This document shows positions 35,278 to 44,635 of a stretch of DNA of 64,000 bases, in pieces. Source of the stretch: an uncultured Alphaproteobacteria bacterium. GTDB taxonomy: Bacteria > Pseudomonadota > Alphaproteobacteria > HIMB59 > GCA-002718135. The translations under genes were made by a program, and so were the position numbers. Each line of letters opens with the position of its first letter. Positions within the stretch are counted from its first letter, which is position 1. The notes under the pieces are model-generated. The model was not told the origin of the DNA and did not search any database. It saw only the letters and a program-made list of their open reading frames with translations. Location of the stretch: positions 164,199-228,198 of the forward strand of contig CACMKW010000001.1 of the NCBI GenBank assembly GCA_902614395.1, in the 5' to 3' direction.

Positions 35278-36720
35278 ATGAGTCAAGCAATAATAAAAAA
35301 AACGTCTGATTACTTCAAATCAAAAGGAGTTGTCTTGCCAAGTATTAGTGAACTTCAAGACCCTCAAATTATTAATGATGATATTAAAAATTCTCTAAAA
35401 AAAATTAATAATAATGATATCAATCCTCTTAACCTCTTTAGAGTTCATTGGTTTAATAAAAGAGATCAATCAGGTTTTGGAAATGAGCCTGAATATATTG
35501 TGCTTCCAACAGAATTCACAGGTGTTAAGGCAAAGATAATTGTAAATATGGGACGATATTTTCCCTTAATAACAGCTCATAAAGTTTTGGCAGCTTATGG
35601 TTGTTTGCTTCCAAGAATATTAAATGGCACTTTTGATTATGAAAAACATAAAGCAGTTTGGCCTTCTACAGGAAATTATTGTAGGGGCGGAGTAGCAATA
35701 TCTCGGATAATGGGTCTTAATAGTATTGCAATACTTCCTGAAGGAATGAGTAATGAGAGATTTGAATGGTTGAATAATTGGGTTGAAGATAAAAAAAATA
35801 TCATAAAGACAAAAGGTACAGAAAGTAATGTTAAAGAAATTTACGATGCTTGTAATGAATTAAAAAAAGATAATCAAAATGATATCATAAATCAATTTGA
35901 TGAGTATTATAATTACAGTATTCATCGTTCTATAACGGGTCCATCTTTTGAAAAATCATTTCTTAAAGTTAAAGGTGACAGTAATTTAACTCCTAGGTTT
36001 TACGTAAGTGCTTCAGGATCAAGTGGTACTCTAGCAGCAGGAGATTATCTTAAAGATAAATTACAGACGAAGATTGCAGTTGTTGAAGCTTTGGAGTGCC
36101 CGACTTTGCTTCATGGAGGTTATGGTGAACATAATATACAAGGAATTGGTGACAAACATGTCCCCCTTATTCATAATGTAATGAATACAGATTTTGTCGT
36201 AGATGTTTCTGATCAAGCTACCAATAATCTAAATATGATTTTTAATACTGAAATAGGAAAAAAGTTTTTAATTGAGAAAAAAAATTTTGAACCTGATTTT
36301 GTTTCACGACTTCCTGAATTTGGCTTTTCAGCAATAGCAAATATCTTGGCATCAATAAAACTAGCTAAATATATGGATTTAAATAGTGACGACGCAATTA
36401 TAACGGTCGCTACAGATGGTGCAGATTTATACATGTCAGAGTTGAAAAAGACCATTGCTGATTTTAAAAATAATTATGATGAAATAGTTTGTGCTGAACT
36501 ATTTGGAAAACACTTATCAGGAATATCTACTGATAATATGATAGAACTTTCTTACATGGATAAGAAAAGAATATTTAATTTAGGGTACTTTACTTGGGTA
36601 GAGCAACAAGGTGTAAGTCTCGAAGAATTTGAAAAAAGAAATGATCAAAAATTTTGGAATTCACATTATGAATATATGCTTTCTCTAGACAATAAGATTA
36701 AAGAATTTAATAATATGTAG
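35278..36720 (+). CDS. Uncharacterised fold-type II PLP-dependent enzyme (480 aa)
   Basis: AHKV (PLP Lys), WPSTGNYCRGG, SGSSGT, HNIQGIGDKH, ATDG. Confidence 0.75.
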   Translation: MSQAIIKKTSDYFKSKGVVLPSISELQDPQIINDDIKNSLKKINNNDINPLNLFRVHWFNKRDQSGFGNEPEYIVLPTEFTGVKAKIIVNMGRYFPLITAHKVLAAYGCLLPRILNGTFDYEKHKAVWPSTGNYCRGGVAISRIMGLNSIAILPEGMSNERFEWLNNWVEDKKNIIKTKGTESNVKEIYDACNELKKDNQNDIINQFDEYYNYSIHRSITGPSFEKSFLKVKGDSNLTPRFYVSASGSSGTLAAGDYLKDKLQTKIAVVEALECPTLLHGGYGEHNIQGIGDKHVPLIHNVMNTDFVVDVSDQATNNLNMIFNTEIGKKFLIEKKNFEPDFVSRLPEFGFSAIANILASIKLAKYMDLNSDDAIITVATDGADLYMSELKKTIADFKNNYDEIVCAELFGKHLSGISTDNMIELSYMDKKRIFNLGYFTWVEQQGVSLEEFEKRNDQKFWNSHYEYMLSLDNKIKEFNNM

Positions 36721-36723
36721 GTT

Positions 36724-37878
36724 ATGAAAACTCAGTCATTACATAACCAATTAGTAGAATGGCGTCATGATCTTCATATGCACCCACAATTAAGTTTTGA
36801 AGAAGAGTATGCTGCAGCAAAAGTGTCAACACTTCTAAAAGAGTTTGGCATAGAAGTTCATTCTGGTATTGCTAGAACTGGAGTAGTTGGAATTTTAAAA
36901 AAAGGAAATAGCTCAAAATCAATAGGTATAAGAGCTGACATGGATGCTCTTCCTATACATGAAACTAATAAGTTTAGTTATAAGTCTAAGTTTGATAACA
37001 GAATGCATGCATGTGGACATGACGGTCACACAACAATGTTATTAGGTGCAGCAAAATATTTATCAGAAAAAGGTAACTTTAACGGAACGGTATATTTTAT
37101 TTTTCAACCTGATGAAGAGAATACATTCGGTGCAAGAACAATGATTGATGAAGGATTGTTTGATAAATTTAACATTGATGAAGTTTACGCTATGCACAAT
37201 ATTCCTAACATGGAAATTGGAACATTTGGTACAAGAAATGGAGCTATTACAGCCAGCGAAAATTTATTTGAAATTGAAATAAAAACTAAAGGGGGGCACG
37301 CTGCATTACCTCATATGGGGGTAGATGCAATAACTGTTGGTTCTCAAATAGCTGTAGCACTTCAATCGATAGTATCTAGGAAATTAAATCCAGCAGACAA
37401 TGGTATAGTGTCTATTACCGAATTTATAACCGATGGTAAAAAAAATGTTCTGCCAGGTATGGTAAAAATGACTGGTGACGCGAGAGCTTTATCAAAAGAA
37501 ACAAATGAAAAAATTGCTTCAAAAATTTTACAAATTGTCGAAGGGATTTGCAATGCACATGGTGTTAATGGTAGTGTTAAATATGAAACAGCCTGTCCTG
37601 TAACATTTAATTCAAAAAATCAAACTGAGTCTGCAACAAAAGCTGCAGTTTCTTTACTTGGTAGTGATAAATGTAATGGTAATATAGAACCACGTTTATT
37701 CTCAGAAGATTTTTCTCTTATGACAAATGAAAAACCTGGCTGCTTTGTTTTAATGGGTAACGGAACATCAGAGCAGCATTCCAGACCTTTACATGCTGAT
37801 AATTATGATTTTAATGACGAATTATTAGTCATAGGTTCTTCATATTGGACTGAATTGGTAGAACAACAATTAAAATAA
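36724..37878 (+). CDS. M20D amidohydrolase (N-acyl amino acid/hippurate hydrolase family)
   Basis: RADMDAL, MHACGHDGH, FQPDEE, GGHAALPH, SEDFS. Confidence 0.9.
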   Translation: MKTQSLHNQLVEWRHDLHMHPQLSFEEEYAAAKVSTLLKEFGIEVHSGIARTGVVGILKKGNSSKSIGIRADMDALPIHETNKFSYKSKFDNRMHACGHDGHTTMLLGAAKYLSEKGNFNGTVYFIFQPDEENTFGARTMIDEGLFDKFNIDEVYAMHNIPNMEIGTFGTRNGAITASENLFEIEIKTKGGHAALPHMGVDAITVGSQIAVALQSIVSRKLNPADNGIVSITEFITDGKKNVLPGMVKMTGDARALSKETNEKIASKILQIVEGICNAHGVNGSVKYETACPVTFNSKNQTESATKAAVSLLGSDKCNGNIEPRLFSEDFSLMTNEKPGCFVLMGNGTSEQHSRPLHADNYDFNDELLVIGSSYWTELVEQQLK

Positions 37879-39036
37879 ATGTTTTCTGAAAACTTAAATA
37901 AACTAAAGAAAAAAATGTCTGAGAACAATATTGATCTCTCAATTATAACTGATGATGACTCTATATATTATTTCACAGGATACCATGACTTCCTCCATAT
38001 GGATTTTTATCGACCAACATTATTAGTTGTTTCAAATGATCATAAAACTTATTTAATTACACCTCTTCTTGATGTTTTATTAGTACCAGAATCTTGTCCT
38101 GTAGATATGGTTGAAACATGGAATGATGGTATTGGAAATGAATGGAGAGAATTATTACCTCAAATCATTAATCAGCATAAAAATATTTTTATTGAAAAAT
38201 TTAAAATTAACCCAATGGTTAAGAGTTATTTAGACGAATTACTTCAAGACCATCCTGGGGATTTAACCAAATTAATCGATAATATAAGAATGATTAAATC
38301 TAATCATGAATTGAATATAGCTCGTCATGCTGGCGAAGTTGGTATGGCTATGATGGAGGCAGCAAAAAAAACAATTGGCCATAATGTTCCTGAGTATGAG
38401 GTTGCACTTGCACAATCACAAGCCGGAACAAGAAAAGCTGCAGATCTTTTAAAAGAATTTTATCCCGACAATATCAATATGTCTCCAAATATTCACTTTT
38501 TACCCGTTATGACATCGGGTCATGATTTACCTAAAACTCACCATCGTGCTTCAACCAAAATTATAAAAAAAGGTGATCCCGTATTCGTATGTTATTGTGG
38601 TTCTACAAATTTTCATAGGTTTAAATTAGGTTTTGACAGAATATTTTGGGTAGAAGAAATTCAATCCGATGAACAAATAAAAGCTTTTGAGACTGCAGTT
38701 AAATCTCAAAAAGCTGCTCTTGAAATTCTTGGCCCTGGAGTAACAGCTGAAGAAGTTCATGCTGCTTATGCAGATACTATACAGTCTGAGGGATACCCTT
38801 ATCCTACATTTCGATGTGGAAGAGGTACAGGCTTTAGCTTTTTAGAGGAACCACAATTAGTAGTTGGGAACAAAACAGTACTGGAGCCTGGAATGGTATT
38901 TGCCGTTGATGGCGGGGCAAGTGCAAATAATTTTAGATCACAAGTTGGTGATAGTTTTATTATAACAAAAGATGGATACGAACAAATTACACATCATTCT
39001 AAAAATATTAATGATCTAATAATTCCACATGGATGA
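37879..39036 (+). CDS. M24/creatinase-fold hydrolase lacking canonical metal ligands
   Basis: N-terminal creatinase domain (SIYYFTGY), RMIKS linker and pita-bread domain. RCGRGTG and FAVDGG replace H-x-x-GHG and EPG. Confidence 0.75.
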   Translation: MFSENLNKLKKKMSENNIDLSIITDDDSIYYFTGYHDFLHMDFYRPTLLVVSNDHKTYLITPLLDVLLVPESCPVDMVETWNDGIGNEWRELLPQIINQHKNIFIEKFKINPMVKSYLDELLQDHPGDLTKLIDNIRMIKSNHELNIARHAGEVGMAMMEAAKKTIGHNVPEYEVALAQSQAGTRKAADLLKEFYPDNINMSPNIHFLPVMTSGHDLPKTHHRASTKIIKKGDPVFVCYCGSTNFHRFKLGFDRIFWVEEIQSDEQIKAFETAVKSQKAALEILGPGVTAEEVHAAYADTIQSEGYPYPTFRCGRGTGFSFLEEPQLVVGNKTVLEPGMVFAVDGGASANNFRSQVGDSFIITKDGYEQITHHSKNINDLIIPHG

Positions 39037-40054
39037 AATCACACTATTTAACACTCATTGCTGTGGTGAAATTGGGGATGTCGTAACTGGAATTAAAGGC
39101 TTGAAGTTTAATTCACCTGAGGAAGCTTCTAAAAAACTTTTTTTAGATAAAAAGTGGAGAAATTTTTTTTTAAATGAACCTCGGGGAGGAGTCTTTAAAC
39201 ATTGTAATATTATTTTAGAACCTTCAAATAAAAATGCAGATGCTGGATTTGTAATTATGGAACCAGAAGATAATCCTCCAATGAGTGGATCAAATGCAAT
39301 TTGTGTAACAACAGTCTTATTAGAAAAAAATATTGTTCAAATGAAATATCCTAAAACCACGCTTACACTTGAAGCTCCCGGTGGTTTAATAAAAGTTGTT
39401 GCTGATTGTGAAAATAAGAAAGTTAAAAGTGTCACTTTAACTAATCTTGCCTGCTTTGCAGATAAAATAGATGTAGATTTAAAGACTAAAAATTATGGTA
39501 CAATTAAAGTAAGTACTGCTTTTGGAGGTGACAGTTTTTTAATTTGTAATGCTAGTGATTTTAATCTTAAAATTGAACCAAAGAATGCAAATAAATTTGT
39601 AAATGTTGCCAAAGAATTATTGAAAGAAGCAAACGCATCTATTGGGTTTGAACATCCTACTATTAAAGGATTAGACTATCTTTCCTTTTGCCAATTTATT
39701 GAACCCTTAAAAAAAAATAATCAATCATTACTTACAGGATTAAATACAGTTGTTATACGACCTGGGAAACTTGATCGCTCACCTTGTGGTACAGGTACTT
39801 CAGCAAGATTAGCAGTAATGAAAGAAAAAAATGAAATACAAATAAATGAAGAATTTATATCAAAGTCTATTATAGGATCTTCATTTAGAGCAAGTATTGA
39901 AAAAGAAATTAAAATTAATAACAAAAATTGTATTATTCCAAAAATAACAGGTAGTGCATTTATTACTGGAAAACAAAGTTTATATATCGATAAGGATGAT
40001 CCTTTTCCAGAAGGTTATAGATTAAATGACACATGGCCAGATTCAGCAAGTTAA
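39029..40054 (+). CDS. Proline racemase family protein (Ser/Cys type; hydroxyproline dehydratase/epimerase-like)
   Basis: HCCGEIGDV, NEPRGG, PPMSGSNAIC, EAPGGL, DRSPCGTGTSAR. Confidence 0.88.
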   Translation: MDEITLFNTHCCGEIGDVVTGIKGLKFNSPEEASKKLFLDKKWRNFFLNEPRGGVFKHCNIILEPSNKNADAGFVIMEPEDNPPMSGSNAICVTTVLLEKNIVQMKYPKTTLTLEAPGGLIKVVADCENKKVKSVTLTNLACFADKIDVDLKTKNYGTIKVSTAFGGDSFLICNASDFNLKIEPKNANKFVNVAKELLKEANASIGFEHPTIKGLDYLSFCQFIEPLKKNNQSLLTGLNTVVIRPGKLDRSPCGTGTSARLAVMKEKNEIQINEEFISKSIIGSSFRASIEKEIKINNKNCIIPKITGSAFITGKQSLYIDKDDPFPEGYRLNDTWPDSAS

Positions 40055-40130
40055 CTGTGATTAAATAACACTAGCTTGGCAAGTTAATTCATTTTACTTT
40101 CATCAACTATTCTAATAATTAATAAAACTA

Positions 40131-41396
40131 ATGACAAAATTTAATGCCTGGAATGTAATTAAAAACGGTTTAAATGGTCAGTCTTATTGGACTAGACAAT
40201 GGCGTGATCCAGAACCAAAAAGTATTTATGATGTTGTAATAATTGGGGGAGGTTTACACGGTCTTGCCACAGCATATTATTTAGCAAAGAATCATAATAT
40301 AAAAAATGTAGCTGTCTTAGAAAAAGGCTGGATTGGTGGAGGAAACGCTGGACGTAATACAACTATTGTAAGATCAAATTATATGATGCCAGGCAACCAC
40401 GAATTTTATGAACATTCTTTAAAGTTATGGGAAAATTTAAGTCACGAATTAAATTATAATGTAATGTTTAGCCAACGAGCTCATGTCTCGTTATTTCATA
40501 GCCCTGGTGCTAAAGATTCAGTTTCACGGATTTATAATATTATGCGACTCCACGGAACTGATGCAGAACTTTGGGATTTAAAAACTTTAAAGAAAAAAAT
40601 ACCGCATTTAAATTATCATAATTCTAGATTTCCAATACTTGGAGCTGCAGTTCAAAAAAGAGCAGGCAATGCAAGACACGATGCAGTTGCATGGGGTTAT
40701 GCAAGGGCTGCAGATACATTAGGTGTAGACATTCTTCAAAATTATGAAGTTACAGGTTTTACAAGAAAGAATGGAAATATTGAAAGTATTCAAACTTCAA
40801 GAGGAATTATAAAAGGAAAGAAAATAGGATTTGCTGTTGCAGGCAATACTTCAGTTTTATGGCAAATGGCAGAATTAGGTAATTTGCCAATTGAGTCTCA
40901 TAAATTACAAGCATTTGTATCTGAGGCAGTTAAACCACTTCTAGATCAGGTTGTTGTTTACGGTGTAGGTGGCGCACATTTCTATATATCGCAGTCTGAT
41001 AAAGGAAGCATGGTATTTGGTGGCGATCTTGACTGGTATAAATCATATGCGCAAAGAGGAAATCTTCCTATGGTTCAAGATGTTGCCGAAGCGGCTATGG
41101 CAATATTTCCTTCACTTGGAAGAATAAGATTACTTCGTCATTGGGCAGGTGTTATGGATATGACAATGGACGGATCATTTTTTATTTGTAAAACGCCAAT
41201 ATCTAATCTCTATTTAAATGCTGGTTGGAACTATGGAGGTTTTAAAGCTAGTCCAGCATCCGGTTGGTATTTTGCTGACTTAATTGCAAATGAAAGCCCG
41301 CATAACTACGTGCAAAATCATAATTTAGAAAGATTTGAAAAAGGTATCAATATTGATGAACGTGGCGCAGGACCTGATCCGAAATTGCACGGTTAA
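40131..41396 (+). CDS. soxB: Heterotetrameric sarcosine oxidase family beta subunit
   Basis: IIGGGLHGLATAYYLA, GGNAGRNTT, ARHDAVAW, GGFKA. Confidence 0.92.
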   Translation: MTKFNAWNVIKNGLNGQSYWTRQWRDPEPKSIYDVVIIGGGLHGLATAYYLAKNHNIKNVAVLEKGWIGGGNAGRNTTIVRSNYMMPGNHEFYEHSLKLWENLSHELNYNVMFSQRAHVSLFHSPGAKDSVSRIYNIMRLHGTDAELWDLKTLKKKIPHLNYHNSRFPILGAAVQKRAGNARHDAVAWGYARAADTLGVDILQNYEVTGFTRKNGNIESIQTSRGIIKGKKIGFAVAGNTSVLWQMAELGNLPIESHKLQAFVSEAVKPLLDQVVVYGVGGAHFYISQSDKGSMVFGGDLDWYKSYAQRGNLPMVQDVAEAAMAIFPSLGRIRLLRHWAGVMDMTMDGSFFICKTPISNLYLNAGWNYGGFKASPASGWYFADLIANESPHNYVQNHNLERFEKGINIDERGAGPDPKLHG

Positions 41397-41681
41397 ATGA
41401 TTAGAATCAATTGTCCTTATTGTGGTGAAAGAGATCATAGTGAATTTAGCTATGGAGGAGATGCAACAATCAATTATCCTTCGTTAGATGCATCTGAGAA
41501 AGAATGGACTGAAGCTATATTTTTTAGAAAAAACATAAAAGGGTTTCAATTTGAAACATGGCATCATTCGAATGGATGTAGAATGTGGTTAGTGGTTGAA
41601 CGTTCTACAGTCACTCATGAAATAAAAAGTGTCAAACCATGCCATCCAAATTTACAGAAGGTTGTAGAAAATAATAAATGA
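41397..41681 (+). CDS. soxD: Sarcosine oxidase family delta subunit
   Basis: CPYCGER..EFSYGG, WHHSNGCRMW. Confidence 0.92.
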   Translation: MIRINCPYCGERDHSEFSYGGDATINYPSLDASEKEWTEAIFFRKNIKGFQFETWHHSNGCRMWLVVERSTVTHEIKSVKPCHPNLQKVVENNK

Positions 41682-44635
41682 AAACACGAAGATTAGATAA
41701 CTATGGAAAAATTAATAGAGATAAAATTTTATCCTTTAGTTGGGATAAAAAAAATTACAAAGGTTTTGAAGGAGATACACTAGCATCGGCATTACTAGCA
41801 AATAATATCGGCATAGTTGGTAGAAGCTTTAAATATCATAGACCAAGGGGAATATTTTCTAGTGGAGTCGAGGAATCTGGCGCCTTAGTTACAATTGGTT
41901 CAAAAGATAGAAGAGATCCAAATGTAAGAGCAACAACACAAGAATTATATAATGGTTTGGAAGCAAGTGGTCAAAATGCATTTCCAAATGTAAATTTTGA
42001 TCTAGCTGGAATAAATAATTACTTAGGCAGGTTTTTTGCAGCTGGTTTTTATTATAAAACTTTTATGGGAATACCTCCACTTGAATGGGGTAAAGGAACA
42101 GCCATATGGATGTTTTTTGAAAAATTTATTAGAAAAGCGGCGGGAATGGGAAGTGCTTCTGGGTTACCTGATCCTGATACTTATGAGCATGCTCATGATT
42201 TTTGTGATTTAATTGTTGTAGGATCAGGACCTGCTGGTGTTGCAGCTGCATTAGAGGCAGCAGAAAAAAAATTAGATGTTATTTTAGTTGAGCAAGATAG
42301 TCTTATTGGAGGAAATCAACTTGCAGAAAATGATTTTGATAACTCACAAATTAAAAATCAACTTGAAAATCTAGGCATAAAAATAATGACTAGAACTACT
42401 GCATTCGGATTATATGATAATTGTGTTGTCGGTTTATTAGAGAGAGTAACAGACCATTTATCAGCACCAAATGTAAACATTCCACGCCAAAGATTTTGGA
42501 CCATTAGAGCAAAGCATATAATTGTTGGTGCTGGAGCAATTGAAAGACACATTGCATTTAATAATAATGATATTCCTGGTGTAATGACTGTAAATGCATC
42601 AAAGCATTATTTGAATAGATATGGTGTACTAACAGGAAAAAGAATTGTGATAGCTACAAATAATGATTCTGTTTATGAAACAGCACATCAATTATCAGAA
42701 GCTGGGGCCAATGTAACTGTTCTTGATTCACGAACTAATTTTGAAATTGAGACAAATAAAAGTTTTGAAATTAGAAAAGGGTATGTACCTTATAATATTA
42801 ACGGTTCAAAAAAAATTGATAGTTTAGATATATCAAAAAATGAAACTATTAATAAATCTGAAACTATAAATTGTGATCAGGTTCTATTATCAGGTGGCTG
42901 GTCACCTGCTGTACATTTGTTATCTCACAGAGGCGTAAAGCCTAAATGGGATTATAACAATGCTTGTTTTTTACCAAGTGACACAAAAGAAAATATTACA
43001 ATGGTAGGTTCTTCTAGAGGTTTATGGAATAAAAATGATTGTATTGCTTCTGGGATAGCAGGAACTACTGATGCGTTGAACCGTTTAGGTATTTCTAAAA
43101 CAAATTATTTTTTCCCAAAACCTGGTGGATGGAAAAATCCCATACAACCACTTTATGAAGTAAAATATAAAAAATCTAGATCAAAAAGTTTTGTAGATTA
43201 TCAACATGATGTAACAACAGATGACGTAAGACTCGCACATCGTGAAGGTTTCATTTCGGTAGAGCATCTTAAAAGATACACAACTTTAGGTATGGCAAAC
43301 GATCAAGGAAAAATGGGAAATATCATTGGATTGTCTTTAATGGCTGAACTTTTAAATAAAGAAATTCCAGAAGTTGGAACTACTGTTTTTAGACCTCCTT
43401 ATACTCCTGTATCTATAGGTGCCTTAAGCGGAAGAAATGTTGGAAAACATTTTAGGCCGTTAAGAGTAACGCCAATGCATCAATGGAATATTGATCATGG
43501 TGCAAAAATGATTGAAGTTGGATTGTATCAAAGACCTTGGTATTATCCCAAAGAAAATGAAACTTTAAGTGACTCTTATATAAGAGAAGCATCAACTGTA
43601 AGAAAAACAGTTGGAATTTGTGATGTAACATCATTAGGCAAAATAGCTATTCAAGGACCAGACTCTACCGAATTTTTAAATAGAATTTATTCGAATGATT
43701 TTTCAAAACTACAAGTTGGAAAAGCTAGATACGGTATCATGTTGCGTGATGACGGTATTGTAATGGATGATGGCACGTCTTGGAGATTAGCAGAAAATGA
43801 ATATTTTATGACGACGTCTACAGGTGAAGCTGCAAAAGTGATGTCATGGTTAGAAGAATTACTTCAAACTAGATGGACAGATCTTAATGTTAATGTGACT
43901 AGTGTTTCTGAACAATGGGCAGGCGTATCAGTTGCAGGACCTAAATCTAGAGAAGTTCTCAATAATTGTGTCGATGATTCTTTGGTTGTAACTAATAATA
44001 ACTTACCTTTTATGGGTGTTACTTCAACATTTCTTAAAGGTAATATTCCCTGTAGAATTGCAAGAATTAGTTTTTCAGGTGAATTAGCTTTTGAAGTTTA
44101 TGTCAAATCAGATTTTGCTAATACAATGATGGACCTACTTTGGGCAAATGCAAAAAAATATGATGGATGTTTATATGGATTAGAAGCTTTAGGCGCACTT
44201 AGAGTTGAAAAAGGTCATGTAACAGCCGCTGAGCTTGATGGAAGGGTAACAATTGATGATGCAGGTTTAAGCAAAATGGCTTCTACAAAAAAATCATATA
44301 TTGGAAGCGCAATGAGAAAAAGAGGAGTATTAAAAAATAATGATCGAGAAATTCTAGTAGGCTTCTTTCCTACAAACCTAAAAGAAACTTTTAATGCTGG
44401 AACTATTGTCTGTGAAAAAAATAATATTAAAGGACAGGGTATCGGAAGAATTACTTCAGTTACTTATTCTCCTGAACTTGGACATTGGATTGGATTAGGT
44501 TTTGTCAAGGGTGGTTTAGATAAATGGAAAGATACCAATTTAGTTGGGGCAGATCCTGTAAGAAATAAACAAATGAATTTAAAAGTTGTTTCACCACATA
44601 TGATTGATCCTAAAGGAGAACGAATGTATGCATAG
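41678..44635 (+). CDS. soxA: Sarcosine oxidase family alpha subunit
   Basis: GDTLASALLA, RSFKYHRPRG, EHLKRYTTLGM..DQGK, C-terminal GcvT-like domain (RISFSGELAFE). Confidence 0.93.
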   Translation: MKTRRLDNYGKINRDKILSFSWDKKNYKGFEGDTLASALLANNIGIVGRSFKYHRPRGIFSSGVEESGALVTIGSKDRRDPNVRATTQELYNGLEASGQNAFPNVNFDLAGINNYLGRFFAAGFYYKTFMGIPPLEWGKGTAIWMFFEKFIRKAAGMGSASGLPDPDTYEHAHDFCDLIVVGSGPAGVAAALEAAEKKLDVILVEQDSLIGGNQLAENDFDNSQIKNQLENLGIKIMTRTTAFGLYDNCVVGLLERVTDHLSAPNVNIPRQRFWTIRAKHIIVGAGAIERHIAFNNNDIPGVMTVNASKHYLNRYGVLTGKRIVIATNNDSVYETAHQLSEAGANVTVLDSRTNFEIETNKSFEIRKGYVPYNINGSKKIDSLDISKNETINKSETINCDQVLLSGGWSPAVHLLSHRGVKPKWDYNNACFLPSDTKENITMVGSSRGLWNKNDCIASGIAGTTDALNRLGISKTNYFFPKPGGWKNPIQPLYEVKYKKSRSKSFVDYQHDVTTDDVRLAHREGFISVEHLKRYTTLGMANDQGKMGNIIGLSLMAELLNKEIPEVGTTVFRPPYTPVSIGALSGRNVGKHFRPLRVTPMHQWNIDHGAKMIEVGLYQRPWYYPKENETLSDSYIREASTVRKTVGICDVTSLGKIAIQGPDSTEFLNRIYSNDFSKLQVGKARYGIMLRDDGIVMDDGTSWRLAENEYFMTTSTGEAAKVMSWLEELLQTRWTDLNVNVTSVSEQWAGVSVAGPKSREVLNNCVDDSLVVTNNNLPFMGVTSTFLKGNIPCRIARISFSGELAFEVYVKSDFANTMMDLLWANAKKYDGCLYGLEALGALRVEKGHVTAAELDGRVTIDDAGLSKMASTKKSYIGSAMRKRGVLKNNDREILVGFFPTNLKETFNAGTIVCEKNNIKGQGIGRITSVTYSPELGHWIGLGFVKGGLDKWKDTNLVGADPVRNKQMNLKVVSPHMIDPKGERMYA

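Noticed and set aside
40077-40093. sigma54-like TGGCA motif upstream of soxB
   Set aside because: The -12 position reads TTCA rather than TTGC, so the required GC is missing.
42841-42872. Short tandem duplication in soxA (ETINKSETIN)
   Set aside because: An in-frame, imperfect 18-nt duplication in a variable loop with no evidence of function.
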